In this document: piece by piece, positions 49,043 to 61,949 of the stretch
How the letters are laid out: every line of letters begins with the position of its first letter
How positions within the stretch are numbered: the first letter of the stretch is position 1
Assembly: GCA_964016885.1 (NCBI GenBank)
Contig: OZ024740.1
Location: forward strand, 143,282,001-143,346,000
Direction: 5' to 3'
DNA: 64,000 nucleotides
Source of the DNA: Eledone cirrhosa
Taxonomy: Eukaryota
The notes under the pieces: generated by a model
Databases searched by the model: none
What the model was told of the DNA's origin: nothing
What the model saw: the letters and a program-made list of their open reading frames with translations, nothing else
Position numbers and translations under genes: made by a program

Positions 49043-50278
49043 ATCATCATCATTTTACATCCGCTTTTCCCTGCTTGCAAGTGTGGGATGGGTCCTCTTC
49101 AGCACAGCATCTCTCTATTTGTCACGCTTCTTCGTCATCTCTTCAGTGAGTTTCAGCGATCTGTGGTCAGCTCTCACCACCCAAACCCACGTTTTTCACG
49201 GTCTTCCTTTACTGCGTCTTCCTTCCACTGGGATTACTTGACACTTCTTCACTGTCACATGGTCATTCAAACGCAGTTATCTCTCCTGCACACTACAGTT
49301 TATTCCTCTTATACACAGTTTCATTCTCAACTCGTCCATGCTTGGTCGTTCACGCACATTGACATTGCACATCCATCGGAGCATGCTTGCTTCATTTCTC
49401 TCCCGCCTTCACATATCCTCCACAGTTGCTGCCCATATCTCACTGCCATGTAGCATCACGCATCTCACCCAGGCTTTCATTTGTAGAGAGAAACCCTTCA
49501 TTGTCAACAGAGGAAGCAGCTCCCTAAACTTCTTCCATCCTGTCCTTATTCTAGATACTATGGCCTCGGAGCATCCTCCTCTCTTGCTAATTTGCTCATC
49601 TAGATATCGGAAGCTATCAACCACCTCTATAGATCCTATCTGCGTTTGAAAAATGTGCCTATCACTGACACTTCTACTATCAATTTTCCCTGAACATCTA
49701 CTACATATGTAGTTTTCCTTTCCTGTTATTTTGCCTGCTATCCCACAAAAAACCTTTTGTGTACCCAAGATCTGCATTATATACATTCTATAGAGTTTAT
49801 GCCAACTCCTTTTCTACATATCGAACATGGCCATTTTCCTGATGGAATCAGAGTTTTGTCCTCTTTCCTACTTATCAATACTTTAGTCTTTGCTAGGTTC
49901 ACTCTCAGTCCTCTTGATTCCAACTGCTGTTTCCACAGTTAGAATTTATTCTCTAGCTCCTCTACTGATTCTGCTATAAATACCAGATTGTCAGCATAGA
50001 GAAGTTCCCATGAGCAGCCAGTGTTAAACTCCTCTGTTATGGCTTGGAGAACTATAATGAATAAAAGTGGGCTGAGGACCGAACCCTGATGTACTCCTAC
50101 TTGTATCTGGAATTCCTCACTAAGCTCCATTCCTACTCTCACTTCACTGACAGCACCTCTGTACATAGCTTGCACTGTCCTCACAAGCCATTTGCCTATA
50201 CCTAGTTTCCTTAGAGACCACCAGATGACAGATCAGGGTACTCTATCAAAGGCTTTCTCTAGGTCAACAAAAGCTAAA

Positions 50279-50282
<4 letters not shown>
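49043..50282 (-). mobile_element. RTE LINE 3' portion (same subfamily as 1-1270)
   Basis: GVHQGSVLSPLLF, LLYADN, SFRYLDEQI; short 3' tail closely matches 1165-1270. Confidence 0.9.
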
Positions 50283-50327
<45 letters not shown>

Positions 50328-50407
50328 TTTGTATATGGTTAATTATGCTAATTAGAAGAAGAAATGGTATATATTTTAATATCTGATGATTCTAAAGACA
50401 TGATTTA

Positions 50408-50446
<39 letters not shown>

Positions 50447-50689
50447 CTTCATCATCATCATCGTCATCGTTTAACGTCTATCTTCCACGCTAGCATGGGT
50501 TAGACGGGTTTGTCCCACTTGAGGCAAGATTGGTCAGGTGACTGTGTCTCGCTCGTATAGAACTGTTTCTGGCAGGTTTTCTTTACTGGAATATAGGATG
50601 CACTCTAAATTTAATATGAATATCCAGGAAAAATAAAATTATGGGCAATTAACACTATTAACGGTATCAAAATTTTAATCACTTTCAAA

Positions 50690-51495
50690 TCTTATAAAAT
50701 CATGACTACTATCATCCACATTGATTTCCTGGCTGTCACCCTCGTTTAATTCCTGAAATATATCATCTTCCTTGCATTCCTCAGAGTCATACCTGTTTTC
50801 AGAATCACTTGTGTCGCTATATTATACAGAAAATCATCTTCGGTGCCATCTAGGGGTTGGTAATGCCACATTTTTTGAAAGCTTTTATAACTGTCTCAGT
50901 TTTCACAGCTCCCATGAGTTTTTCACCCACTGGGTTACCTGGGAAAATGTAGGCCTCCTCATACGTTTTTTCGGTGTCAGTTCATGTTGCGAGTGCTTTA
51001 CCCAATTATCCCATTCCTCTCTCATGTGTGCCTTAAAAGGTTTGTTTAGTGAAACATCAAGAGGTTGTAATTGAGAAGTCAGATCACCAGGTATAACAGC
51101 TATTTAAGAGTTTAAGTTCTTTAACCTCCTTATAGTATTGCACGAAATACCGTACAATGCACAAAATTGGTCCCAAACAAGAAGTGATGGTCTTTTGAGT
51201 AAAGCATCATGACGCTGTGACCATACTTTATCTAGCCATAACTTAATGCCATTTTCGTCCATCCACCCCTTGGAGTGGACATGAATATCAGCTCCTGATG
51301 GAAAAGTGTCTTTTGGAAATGTTTTTCTTTTAAATATTAGAAGTGGTGGCAGTTTTGTCCTATCTACGCAGCAAGTCAATACTACAGTGTAGTGTCTTTT
51401 TTCTTGACCAGTTGTTTTAACAGTTATTGTTTTGGTGACTTTAACATCCGCAGTCCTGTTCAAGGGAACATAAAATGTCAGTGGCACCTCATCAT
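50690..51495 (-). mobile_element. pogo/Tc2-family DDE transposase fragment
   Basis: DEVPLTF..KTTGQEKRHYTVVL..KLPPLLIFK..KGWMDE..SLLVWDQF..AVIPGDLTSQLQPLDVSLNKPFK on the minus strand; interrupted. Confidence 0.88.
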
Positions 51496-51527
51496 AATAA
51501 ACATGAATAATAAAAATAAGACTACTA

Positions 51528-51722
51528 ATTAATTGTTTCTACTTTTGACACAAGGCCAGCAATTACCCAGTACATTACTGGTACTTTATTTTATCGACCC
51601 CGTAAGGATGAAAGGCAAAGTTAACCTTGGAGGGATTTGAACCCAGTCCGTAAAGGGACGTAACTCTATGCTAGAAAGCATGGCATCCGAACCTCTACTG
51701 ATACTGCCAATCCACTGCCCTA
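51528..51722 (-). mobile_element. tRNA-type SINE
   Basis: Reverse complement of the 3775 family. Confidence 0.85.
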
Positions 51723-51779
51723 TTAATACTTCATAGTTGCACAAACAACATCGTTTGCAATTCCTTCAGAATGAAAACA

Positions 51780-54700
51780 CAAACAGAGCATATAAATAAA
51801 TTTACAGTAGAATAACATAACAAATATGTTTTAAATATATACATAAATAACATTACAAATGCCTCGGTAACACTAGAAAGGATGATACAATGAAAGATAT
51901 ATTCCTTCAATGCTACAATATTAAAGAAAATGTAAAGGAAGGGGTGAACAACGGAGCCAACACCAGAGCAAAAGACAGCAACATCGCGAGTACTGGGCAA
52001 CCTCTCTAATGATTTTTGAGGCAAGCCAGCACACTCGCAGCGTTGCCTCGGGTGATGGCGAGGCTGATGCGCTGAAACAGCCAAGCACCCTCGCGAGATT
52101 CGCCAATCACCTCTATTAGGCGAGCCGCCAGTGAGGAAAGGAACCTCAAAGTCAGCGGCCTGACTCGCCCAAACGTCTCGAAAGCCACAGGCTGAAAAAT
52201 ATAGCTGGCCGACAGATCAGAGTATTTGAGGGTCTTACTCCACTCGGCTGCAGAAGCTGTGGCTCTCATCCTAACCGCAGCATCCAGGATGTGGGAAAGA
52301 GCAAAGGAGTCACTAACAGTGACTTCCCAGACAAGACACCTTACAAACTGATCTGACTGGACGAAGAGGGAGTCGAAGGTGGCCTTTGAACTTATGCTGT
52401 CCCAAGCTCTCTGACTTCGACTGTCCTCCACCTTCTCAGGAAGAGACAAGCCCAGCTCACTCCATTGCTGGAGAGCTTCACCCAACTCCCTGTTGGAACT
52501 AGTCCATGTTGGAGAGGAGAGGATGCTGCTCACCAGGGTGGAGCAAACGTGGGTGGAGGAAAGGAAGCAGGGGAGAGAGAGGGATGAACACTTACGGAGA
52601 CCAAGACCCCCAAATTGCTTGGGGAACGCAGCCTGGTCGTTGGACTCCGGAGAGAGTCTAACATTGACCAGACACTCGAGTGTCTCGAAGATTAGGTCGT
52701 CGAAGCGTTGGAGGCAGGACGGAAATCTGTGAGAGGGGCTGACCCTGAGCAAATACAGAAGCTTAGGAATAGACAAGTAGTTCCTGAGTAAGAAGAAACC
52801 TTGATGGGGTTCGATAACTTCGATATTCCTCAGCAGCTGCTCAAGGCCAACCATCTTCGATTGGAAGGTTGACTCGAAGGCGAGGTCTGTGATTGGGGCT
52901 CCTAAGGAGCACCAAGCCAATGGAAGGGAAGGACTCTGTGAACAGGTCGATCTGCTGTTGGTGTTGAGAAGCCGGGTGGTTGAGGATCCAGAGCTCACAT
53001 TTGGAGCTATTGATCTGGAGACCCTGGCCGCCAAGCTCCTCCACCATCCTGTTGGCAGTGCCGAGAACCATATCCGGAGTTCCCTCCAAACAGGCGTCAT
53101 CGAGGTACCAGACATTGAGGTCCAACTCAACCCCCATCTTGGTGACGTCATCAATGCTCAAGAGTGCGGGCCCGAGTGGGTCACCCTGTTGGACTCCTGA
53201 GGCAGAGGTGATGATCTGGTCACTGAAAGAGAGGTAGGAGGGCTCCCGATAAGCCTGCCAAGCAAAGTGGTAGAGTTGTGGGACCCTCTCTCTTACTGAG
53301 CCGAGGACGATGTCGCGGCTGACGGAGTTAAAGGCATTCCTGAGGTCAAGTTTGAGGATGACCTTGGGGGACGAGGAGGGCAAGTTGGCAAATTCTCTGG
53401 CAGCATGGACACCAGCCTCACATCCCAAGCTGGTACCCACTCCCAGCTGGATGGGGGAAAATTCCTCTGCCAGTGTGTCGGAGACCAACAGCAAACACGC
53501 CTTTGCTGTGAGGCGGCGAAGAGTGCAGCCAACCGCAATGGGGTGCAGGTCCCCGTTGGGTTGGTGAGACCAAATAGCTTCACACCGAAGAACAGTGGGT
53601 GGATGAATGGGAGAACGTTCACTGAAGAGAACTGATTCACAAACTGAGTCAGACTCTCCAAGGGTTCGAGTCCAACGTCACCGGCCGTTAAGGAAATACT
53701 ATCCTTGAGGTGTTGAGGATGACGGCCGTCAATTCCCGCGCCTGACCCAGCTGGGAAGGATGAAATCGCCTTTCTGATGATATCGGTGGTGTAAACCGGT
53801 CTCAAGTATTCTGGTGGTTCGAGCCAGTGTAGCTGATCATCTGGGGCTGCTGATGAGTGCTTCTCTTTCAGTCGCTCAAGAGAATTAGAGTTGCACGGAG
53901 CAAGGGAGGACAGAGAAGAGAGGAGACGGACAGTCCCTTTAATGTCAAATTCGCTGAATTTGGCATTGACCGCTCGCTTGAGGTCTACCGGTTGTCTGTT
54001 GGTGGACAGCGAGCTCAGTGTCGAACTGAGATGAGATGTGGTTGGGGTGGACTCAAATAGCTGGAACTACCGCTTGAGAGAGGACATGAGGGAACCCAAG
54101 TTCGCATTGTGCACGTGAAGAGAGATGAGGGGAAACAAAAACAATTTCTGCCAGTCAGACCTATTATTCGATGAGCAAACGTTTTTCAGTAAATTAGAGA
54201 GGGCACGTGCAAAGCTATTCCGAGCTCCCTTAGGGATCCGGTTAACGAGCTTTGATTTGGAGAAGCCCTGGAGGGCTGTGGCAAAGTCGTCAGTAGAGAG
54301 TTGGTCATCAAATACGTCGGAGCTGAAGTGGCACCGATTACAGGTCCAGTGTTGAAGCCTTTCGGCTTGAGCTTTGGTGATGCCGACACAGCTTCTGTGG
54401 TAGCTTGCATGGCATAGGTGACATTTAATTGTCTTTAAGTACTGGCTAGTGTGGGCACAGAGAGCGCAATCAGGTGGTGGGTTGGCAACAGCGACAGTAG
54501 AGGGCCAGCATTGGAATTCGGTGGAGGGAGTGAGTCAGTAAAGGAGACAGCAGTGGTTCTAACAGTGGGACTAAATGGAGGTTAGGTGGTGGGCTAACAG
54601 TTGTAGGGATGGTGTGGTTGGCCGGGCTGGATTCGTTCGGAATCTGCCGTGAAGGGTAGGTGGGGCCAAGTTAGCTCCTCTCGTGCATGCCGCAGTTGGT

Positions 54701-54800
54701 GGAGAATGAGAGGTCGGAGGCTGACCATTTGTCACATAGTCGTTCCACCAAGCAGGTCTCTTGGTCGTTCGACGCATGCCACCGCCACCTAGAGTGGACT
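51780..54800 (-). mobile_element. Long CRE-like non-LTR retrotransposon (RT and restriction-like endonuclease), frameshifted
   Basis: GSGAGIDG, QLGVG, KLDLRNAFNSVSR, GVQQGDPLGP, WYLDD, FGGLGLR, WEVTV..FQPVAFETFG..RGNAASV. The RPDG segment seen at 4519 is deleted here. Confidence 0.9.
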
Positions 54801-56029
54801 AGGTTAAAGTGGTGGCAACTTTAGTAATTGGTAATCGCCGGTGATAGTTCGGTCGAAACATCGGCCACCGGCGGGTTGAACGAATACCTAGGTGGGCTGT
54901 GCACGAGGAGGGATAGAAAGTGGAGAAGGGGTGAGAAGATTATGAGTGCGTGGAGATGAGTGTGGTCATGTGAGAGACAGTTAAATACAGTGGGAGAGAA
55001 AGAGCACTGAACATGCAAAGAGAAGGAAAATAAAAAGGCTAGAAATACAAACTCTGAGGCTGTGAGTTTGCGTAATAGTTCGCATGGGTAAATCCGCAGT
55101 AAAAACCGAAATTGTGAGTTTGTGTAAAAAATAAAAAAATAAAAAAAACACATGGGCAAGACTTCAGTAAAATCAAAACCTGAATGATAGTGACACAAGA
55201 TGTTTACAATTACAGAGTGATTACATTACTGGACCTGAATTCTATCAAGTGGTCAAAGCTTCTAATTCTGTGAAATAGAATGGAAGTCTGGATTGACCTT
55301 TCAGTCACACCTGACTATAAATAGATTCAGGTTATTTGAAGAGGGAGATGGGATGGTGCCATGTGTAATCTCTTCTTGTGAAGCTAGTGGTAGTTCCTCG
55401 CCATTTATAATTATTTATTTTTATTTTATATTTGGGGGGTTTGTATTTGAAAAATTGTAAGTGTATGTTAAGGAGGAATGTATAATTGTGTGATACAATT
55501 GCTCCAGGTTGGTTCCCTGCGTTGTTACCACAACCATTCCTTTAAAATTTTTTTTTTTTCCTCCGAAGATCTGTTGTTCTCCGTCTGAATTTCTGGATTT
55601 GTTTTTTTCTTTCCAGCGTGGTGGGGAAAATAAGGTGTTTCAGATATATACAAGTACAAATTCCAAATATAAAATGACAATAACTTATATATATCAATGT
55701 GATTGATTTCTTGTTTTTGGTGGGTAGTCGCACGTGGCTGTATGTGTTGCTTATGTTGACTTTGTTTGAAAGTAATCAAGAATTTGGAAGGATTTAATTA
55801 AACAACCTCTCCAATATCTAAAAACAGATTTGTTAATTCACATATATATAGTATGTTTAATAATGGAGAGATCCCTGTGGAAATTTCACTAAACTAAAGA
55901 ATAGTTTTTAATGTGGTGCAGCCATAGTGAGGTTTTTTTTTTTTCTCTCGTGTATATATTTTTTATGTTGCAGATATATAATCCACATTTTCCAAAATGC
56001 AGATTACGATTATAATTCTTATATATATA

Positions 56030-57055
56030 GTGGTAGAACACTGGAAGGTAATATCCATAGTGGTAGAGCCCTCAGTCCATGGGACGAGTTAGGTAGAAGT
56101 GGTTACACAACAGTTAGTTCACTATACCTAGAACAATTGTTTCACCTTAGCGGATCCTCAGCTCGTGATAGACATGGTTATACGGAACAGGAAGACAACC
56201 GTACGAACGCGCATGTGCAGAAACAATCACTTCACACAGGCAATACTAAAATGCGTGCGAGAAGTGTAAGGGAGATAACTGCGAAAGTCTGAAAAGTTTC
56301 TAGTTGATAAGAAAATTAGGATGTTGTTGTTATTCAATCCGGAGCTTTGGAGTTATGTAAGAGGTGTTTCGAGACATGTGGACAACGTGTGAAAAATTCA
56401 TTTCTTGCGTTTAGGAAATCTCTATTGCGTAATCTCTTTAGAATATTTATTCATTCGTCGATACATAGTCCACATGACGGATTGCCCCTTGCGTATGGCT
56501 TGGACTTAGTGATGGCTTTTCATTGAATGGAGTAGTCTATACTTGAGTCCTTGAGGGACCACACATGGCTCGCGAGTTTCGTGGATAAACGTCTGTCCGG
56601 GTACCTAAAGGTCGACTGGTGGTTCAGGAAGCGTTCCTTAAATCGGCCCTCCGCCATACCCACATAGGATTTGACCTCCTGTGGTTGATTTGGTCGGTTG
56701 GAAGTGACCACAGCTTCATAAACTACAGCGGGTGTGTTGCATTGCTGTTGTAGGGGACAAGCTTCAGGCTTACGGCAAGAGCACCCTGGTGGGGTGTTGC
56801 TCTTAGGGCTGTTGGTGATGTGGGCCTTCATGTTCTTAGCGCAGGAGTATCCTAGTTTTACTTTGTGTCGGTTAAAGATGGGGTGGTATTTATGACCAAT
56901 GGGAAAGTGTCTATCTAAGAGGGCTAAACATATTTTGCCTACATTGGTTTTAACGTTGAGTGAGAAGGGAGGAGAGAACCAGATAGTTTGTCTATTGTTA
57001 CGCTTTCTTATCTTATGCTGTTGTTGATAGTGGGTGAGTAAGTGATAGGTTGCGA
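56030..57055 (-). mobile_element. Penelope-like element 3' end: GIY-YIG endonuclease and terminal repeat
   Basis: WFSPPFSLNVKTNVGK..CSCRKPEACPLQQQC..VVYEAVV..YVGMAEGRFKERFLNH, followed by a hammerhead-bearing terminal segment. Confidence 0.9.
56128..56165 (-). ncRNA. Minimal hammerhead in Penelope terminal repeat
   Basis: Minus strand CGAG-CTGAGGA-T.CC.GCTAA.GG.T-GAAAC-AATT-GTT-CTAG; palindromic stem III, one stem I mismatch. Confidence 0.65.
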
Positions 57056-57297
57056 GAATATATATATATATATATATACACACATACAGACACACTTCTT
57101 TGTCAATTTTTCAAAAAAATTAGATATACTTTCAAAAATTTAAACACAAGTCTAAATATTTCCTGCTTTTTAATTATAGAATTTTTTCATACAGTAATTA
57201 CCTAAGCCTGACCTACGCCTTTATAAGATGCACAGTGATTTTGAGGGGCAAATTTTGAAAAAAAAACAAAATATATATATATATAGAGAGAGAGAGA

Positions 57298-57425
57298 GGT
57301 GGGTAGAACACTGGTGGCTTATATCCACAGTAGTAGAGCACTCAGTTCATGGGATGAGTTTGGTAGAAGTAGTGCCACACCATTTCTGAGAACAATGTTT
57401 CACCTCAAACGGATCATCAGCTCGG
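57298..57425 (-). mobile_element. Second, diverged Penelope terminal repeat with hammerhead (57388-57425)
   Basis: Similar to 56030-56165. Minus strand CGAG-CTGATGA-TCCGTTTGAGGT-GAAAC-ATT-GTT-CTCA. Confidence 0.7.
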
Positions 57426-59434
57426 TTTGCTAAAAATAGCAGCTACATAAGCTAAATAGGTGTGCTAAATAGGTGTGCTAAAAATAGCAGCTACATAAGC
57501 TAAATAGAATGTACCTCATTGTGGACGATAGGTGTGCTACAAATATCAGCTAAATAGGAGGAACCTTATGGTTGTCCATAGGTGTGCTAGAAATAGCAGC
57601 TAAATAGGGGGAACCTCATTGTAGTCCATAAGTATGCTAGAAATAGCAGCTAAATAGGGGGGGGGGCCTTATGATGGTCCGTAGGTGTGCTAAAAATAGC
57701 AGCTACATAAGCTAAATAGAATGAACCTCATGGTGGATGATAGGTGTGCTCCAAATAGCAGCTAAATAGCCTTATGGTTGTCCATAGGTGTGCTCGAAAT
57801 AGCAGCTAAGTAGGGGGACCCATATGGTGGTCCATAGGTATGCTAGACATAACAGCTAAAAAAACTTCATGGTGGTCCAAGTGTGTGCTAGAAATAGCAG
57901 CTGCATCAGCTAAAAAAGGGAATCTAATGGTGGTCTATAGGTGTACTAGAAATAGCAGTTAAATAGGGGATCATTATAGTGGTATATAGGTGTGCTACAA
58001 ATAGCACCTAAATAGGGGGAACCTCATGGTGGTCAATAGGTGTGCTAGAAACAGTAGGTAAATAGCGGAACCTCATGGGAGTACATAAGTGTGCTAGAAA
58101 TAGCAGCTGCATCAGCTAAACAAGGGAATCTCATGGTTATCCAAAGGTGTACTAGAAATAACAGCTAAATAAAGGGAACTTCATGGTGAACTGTGACCTA
58201 GATATATTAACTAAATACGGGGAACCTCATGGTGTTCCATATGTGTGCTAGAAATAGCAGCTATATAGGGGAACCACATGGTGATCCATAGGTGTGCTAG
58301 AAATAGAAGCTGCATCACGTAAACAGGGGGAATCACGTGGTAGTCCATAGTTGTGCTAGAAATAGCATCTAAGTAAAGGGAACCCATGGTGGTCTATAGG
58401 TGTTCTAGAAATAGCAGCTAAATTAGGGGAACCTCATAGTGGTCCATAGTTGTGCTAGAAATAGTAGCTAAATAGAGGGAACCTTATAGTGGTCTATAGC
58501 TGTGATAGAAATAGTAGTTAAATAAGAGGAACCTTATGGTGGTTCTTAGGTGTGCTAGAAAGGGCTGTTACATCAGCTAAGCAGGAGGAACCTTATGGTG
58601 TATGTAGGTGTGCTAGAAGGAGTAGCTAAATAAAGAGAACCTCATGGTGATTCATAGGTGTGCTAGAAATAGCAGCAAAATAGGGGGATCCTTATGGTGG
58701 CCCATATGTGTGCTAGAAATAGCAGCTAAATACGGCCATCCTCATGTTGGGCCACACGTGTGCTAGAAATGGGAACTACACAGTGGTTCATAGGTGTGTT
58801 AGCAAAAGCATCTAAATTGTTGTAACCCTTTTAGTGGTCGATAGGTGTGCTAGAAATAGCAGCTGCGTCAGGTAAACAGGGGAATATCATGGTGGTCCAT
58901 AGGCGTGCTAGAAATAGCATCTAAATTAAGGGAAACCCATGGTGGTCTATAGGTTTCCTAGAATTAGCAACTAAAAAGGGGGAACTTCATGGTGGTCCAT
59001 AGGTATGTTAGAAATAGCAGCTAAATAGGAGGAACCTTATAGTGGACCATAGATGTGCTAGAAATAGCATCTACATCAGCTAAACAGGGGCAACGTCATG
59101 GTGTCCATAGCTGTGCTAGAAATAGCAGCTAAATAAGGTCAACCTCATATGTATCCATTTGTTGTGCTAGAAATAGCAGCTAATAGGGGGAACCTCATAG
59201 TGGTACCTATGTGTGCTACAAATAGTAGCTAAATAGGAGGGACCTTATAGTGGTCCATATCTGTGCTAGAAATAGCAGCTTGATGGAGAGGAACCTGATG
59301 ATGGTCCATGGGTGTACTAGAAATAGCAGCTACATCAGCTAAGCAGGTGGAACTTAATGGTTGTCCGTAGGTGTGCTAGAAATAGCGGCAAAATAAAGTG
59401 AACCTCGTGGTGGTCCATAGGTGTCCATAGGTGT
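57426..59434. repeat. Minisatellite, roughly 40-45 degenerate 43-53-bp units
   Basis: Consensus about GTGGTCCATAGGTGTGCTAGAAATAGCAGCTAAATAGGGGAACCTCATG; a subset of units carry a 9-bp CATCAGCTA-type insert. Confidence 0.95.
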
Positions 59435-59524
59435 CTCTTCTTTGTCAATTTTGTTATACTATACCATAGGGGAGTAATTAACAAATCAATTTAAGATCTA
59501 TATATCTATAAACAAGTATAGACA

Positions 59525-60910
59525 TATGTTCAAGACCATGCTGACAAAAACCTTCCTAACAATGCTTAGCAGCAAGATGCCTTGGTAACTATTGCAGTCA
59601 CTTCGGTCACCTTTGTTCTGATAGAAGGTGACAATGATACAGTCTCTCATGTCTTGCGGGACTGTTCTGTCTTCCCAGCACTAACACAGTAGTTTCAACA
59701 AGGGGCTAATTAGCACTCCCTTTGCACACCTGATGACCTCTTGGAGGATGCCGTCAGATCTTGGTGCCTTCCCAGCAGGTAAACTAATCAATGGCTCTGC
59801 ACAGTTCTTCAGCAGTCGACAACACATCTAGCTCCTCCATGACAGCTAGGTGTTTCATGGTGTCTAGCATGTTGTCTGAGATACTTTTTTTCCTTGCCAT
59901 ACAGTTTGAAGTAATATTCCACCTATCTCTCCAACCGCTCTCTTTTTCCTTTGATGACCTCACCTGTTCTTGATTTGAATGGAGGAGTCTTGCTCTGGGT
60001 TGGGCCAATGGCTTTCTTGATGCCCTCATACATTCCCCAAATGTTACTTGTGTCAAATAACAGCTGGATGCATTTGAATAACTGTAACCAGTAGTCATTT
60101 GCACAGTGACTCGTAATCTTTTATGTCTTGTTCCGAGCTCATCTCAATGCTCATAGTGTTGCTCTGGTGGGTGAGTGTTTATGCTTCAACAGGGAGCATG
60201 CTTCTTCTCCATGGTCGCATTGAACTAGTCATGTGTCATTCTTCGATTCTTCCTGAAGATCTCTTCAATGCAGTGTCATGGATGGTGCCTCTGAGAAAGT
60301 TCCATCTTTGCTGAACACCACCTTCCAGAGGTTCTGCAAGGAGGATGTCTTCCAGTGACTTGAGGAATACAGGTACTTTGACTGACTGCTGGGTCACAGT
60401 AGCCTTGATATGCTGTATGACAAGAGGCTTAGCATAGTGCATTTTTGGTTGGAGTTTGAGATTGCAGCAAACCAGGGAGTGATCTGTGCCAAAGTCAGCG
60501 CTCCAAAAGGACCAAGTCAAGAGTACATTTCTCAAGTGGTTGTGTCTTATGAGGATCAGATCTAGCTGGTGCCTGTGCTCTGAGCGAGGATAACGCCAGG
60601 AAACTTTGTGTTGAGCTTTGGCCTGGAAGTAGGTGTTGGTGACACATAATCCATGGAGCATACAGAGCTCAAGCAGTTGTTGCCCGTTGTCATTCATGTT
60701 ACCGACCCCATGCTGTCACAGTTACCCTGTCCAGGAGTCGTGGTCGGCTTCCACTCTGGCATTGAAGTCACCAAGTAACACCAGCTGTTCTCCATATGGG
60801 ATTGCCTGTATTTTTCTGGAGAACTGATTGTAAAACTTATCCGTGTCATCTTGTGTGTAATAGAGGGTTAGGGCATAAGCACTGACAAGGTTGACAAGAC
60901 AGGAGCCTCC
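59525..60910 (-). mobile_element. RTE (BovB-like) LINE: APE endonuclease to RT start, decayed
   Basis: VSAYALT..DKFY..LLGDFNARV, NDNGQQLLELC..TNTYF..KVSWRYPRSEHRHQLDLIL..SADFGTDHSLV, GKAPRSDGI. Confidence 0.88.
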
Positions 60911-60929
60911 CAAAAGTCAGCTTGAAGGT

Positions 60930-61165
60930 AACACAGAGGAGACTGAGGTTAACTGGACATGCTCAGAGTTGACACTGCACTCAATGGTCCTGTGGGAGCC
61001 CCTACATGAACACACTAGAAGAGGGAAACCAAGGATGACATGTATTGATACCTTAAGGACAGACACTGGTCTCTGGGAGACACAGGCCATGGAAACGATG
61101 ATGAAGAACAGAGACCGCTGGAGAGAACTCGTACATGGATCTCGGGAATTTTACCTGCCCTAGAT
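60930..61165 (+). mobile_element. RTE-type LINE extreme 3' coding end
   Basis: VLWEPLHEHTRRGKPRMTCIDTLRTDTGL..MMKNRDRWRELV resembles the C-terminal GRP..W..DR..W motif. Confidence 0.6.
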
Positions 61166-61229
61166 AGATATATATGCATATATATATGTGTGTGTGTGTG
61201 TAATTATGTGTTTTATATCAAATAATAAT

Positions 61230-61422
61230 TGTTTCTACTTTTGGCACAAGGCCAGCAATTACCTAGTGTATTACTGGTACTTTATTTTATCGACCCCATA
61301 AGGATGAAAGGCAAAGTTAACCTCGGCGGGATTTGAACTCAGAATGGCAAGGGCCGTAACTCTATGCATCAAAGCATGGCATCTGACCCTCTACTGATAC
61401 TGCCAATCCACCGCCCTATTAT
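61230..61422 (-). mobile_element. tRNA-type SINE with TSD
   Basis: 3775 family; TATCAAATAATAAT on both sides (about 61216-61229 and 61423-61436). Confidence 0.85.
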
Positions 61423-61527
61423 TATCAAATAATAATAATATTCGATTTGTTTGCAAGCAGACAGTCTCATTATGCTATGTTTAGTTTTTGATGGCCATCA
61501 TCATCCGTTCAACAGCAGCATTGAAGA

Positions 61528-61570
61528 ACAATCAACAGGTTTCTGGGTTATTGTTCTTCATCAGGACTGT
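61528..61570 (-). ncRNA. Degenerate hammerhead motif
   Basis: Minus strand ACAGTC-CTGATGA-AGAACAATAACCCA-GAAAC-CT-GTT-GATTGT; good 6-bp stem I, broken stem II. Confidence 0.4.
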
Positions 61571-61949
61571 ACTTCTCTGCTACTCGTTTGAACTGTTGAA
61601 AATATATAGTATTTTCTAAACTATACATTGGCTGATTAGCCTCATTTGCATAACAAGTGATTTTACAGCTGGGCTTGCCGAAAAACAAAATTAGAATTTG
61701 ATTTTCTGCTCTAACATAGCAGATTACATAAATGTAATTATGGATTTTATATTGAATATTAATAATAAGGTCAGCCGTAGAATTGCTTGGTATGCACTAT
61801 TCTTGTCATTAACCAACAAACCTAATACAGGGCCCTCGAAACAGTCAAATCCAGCTGCGTCACTAGCCCCAATATATTTTTACTTAATACACAAAGTGTC
61901 AGCCTTTTCATCAATGCAGAAAAATGGAAGATCCAATTCTTTGAGGTTT

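Noticed and set aside
57426-59434. CRISPR-like periodicity and a GCTAGAAATAGC match to the Cas9 sgRNA scaffold
   Set aside because: Sequences between the conserved cores are homologous to each other rather than unique spacers. There are no cas genes, the context is eukaryotic, and the match is only a short GNRA hairpin.
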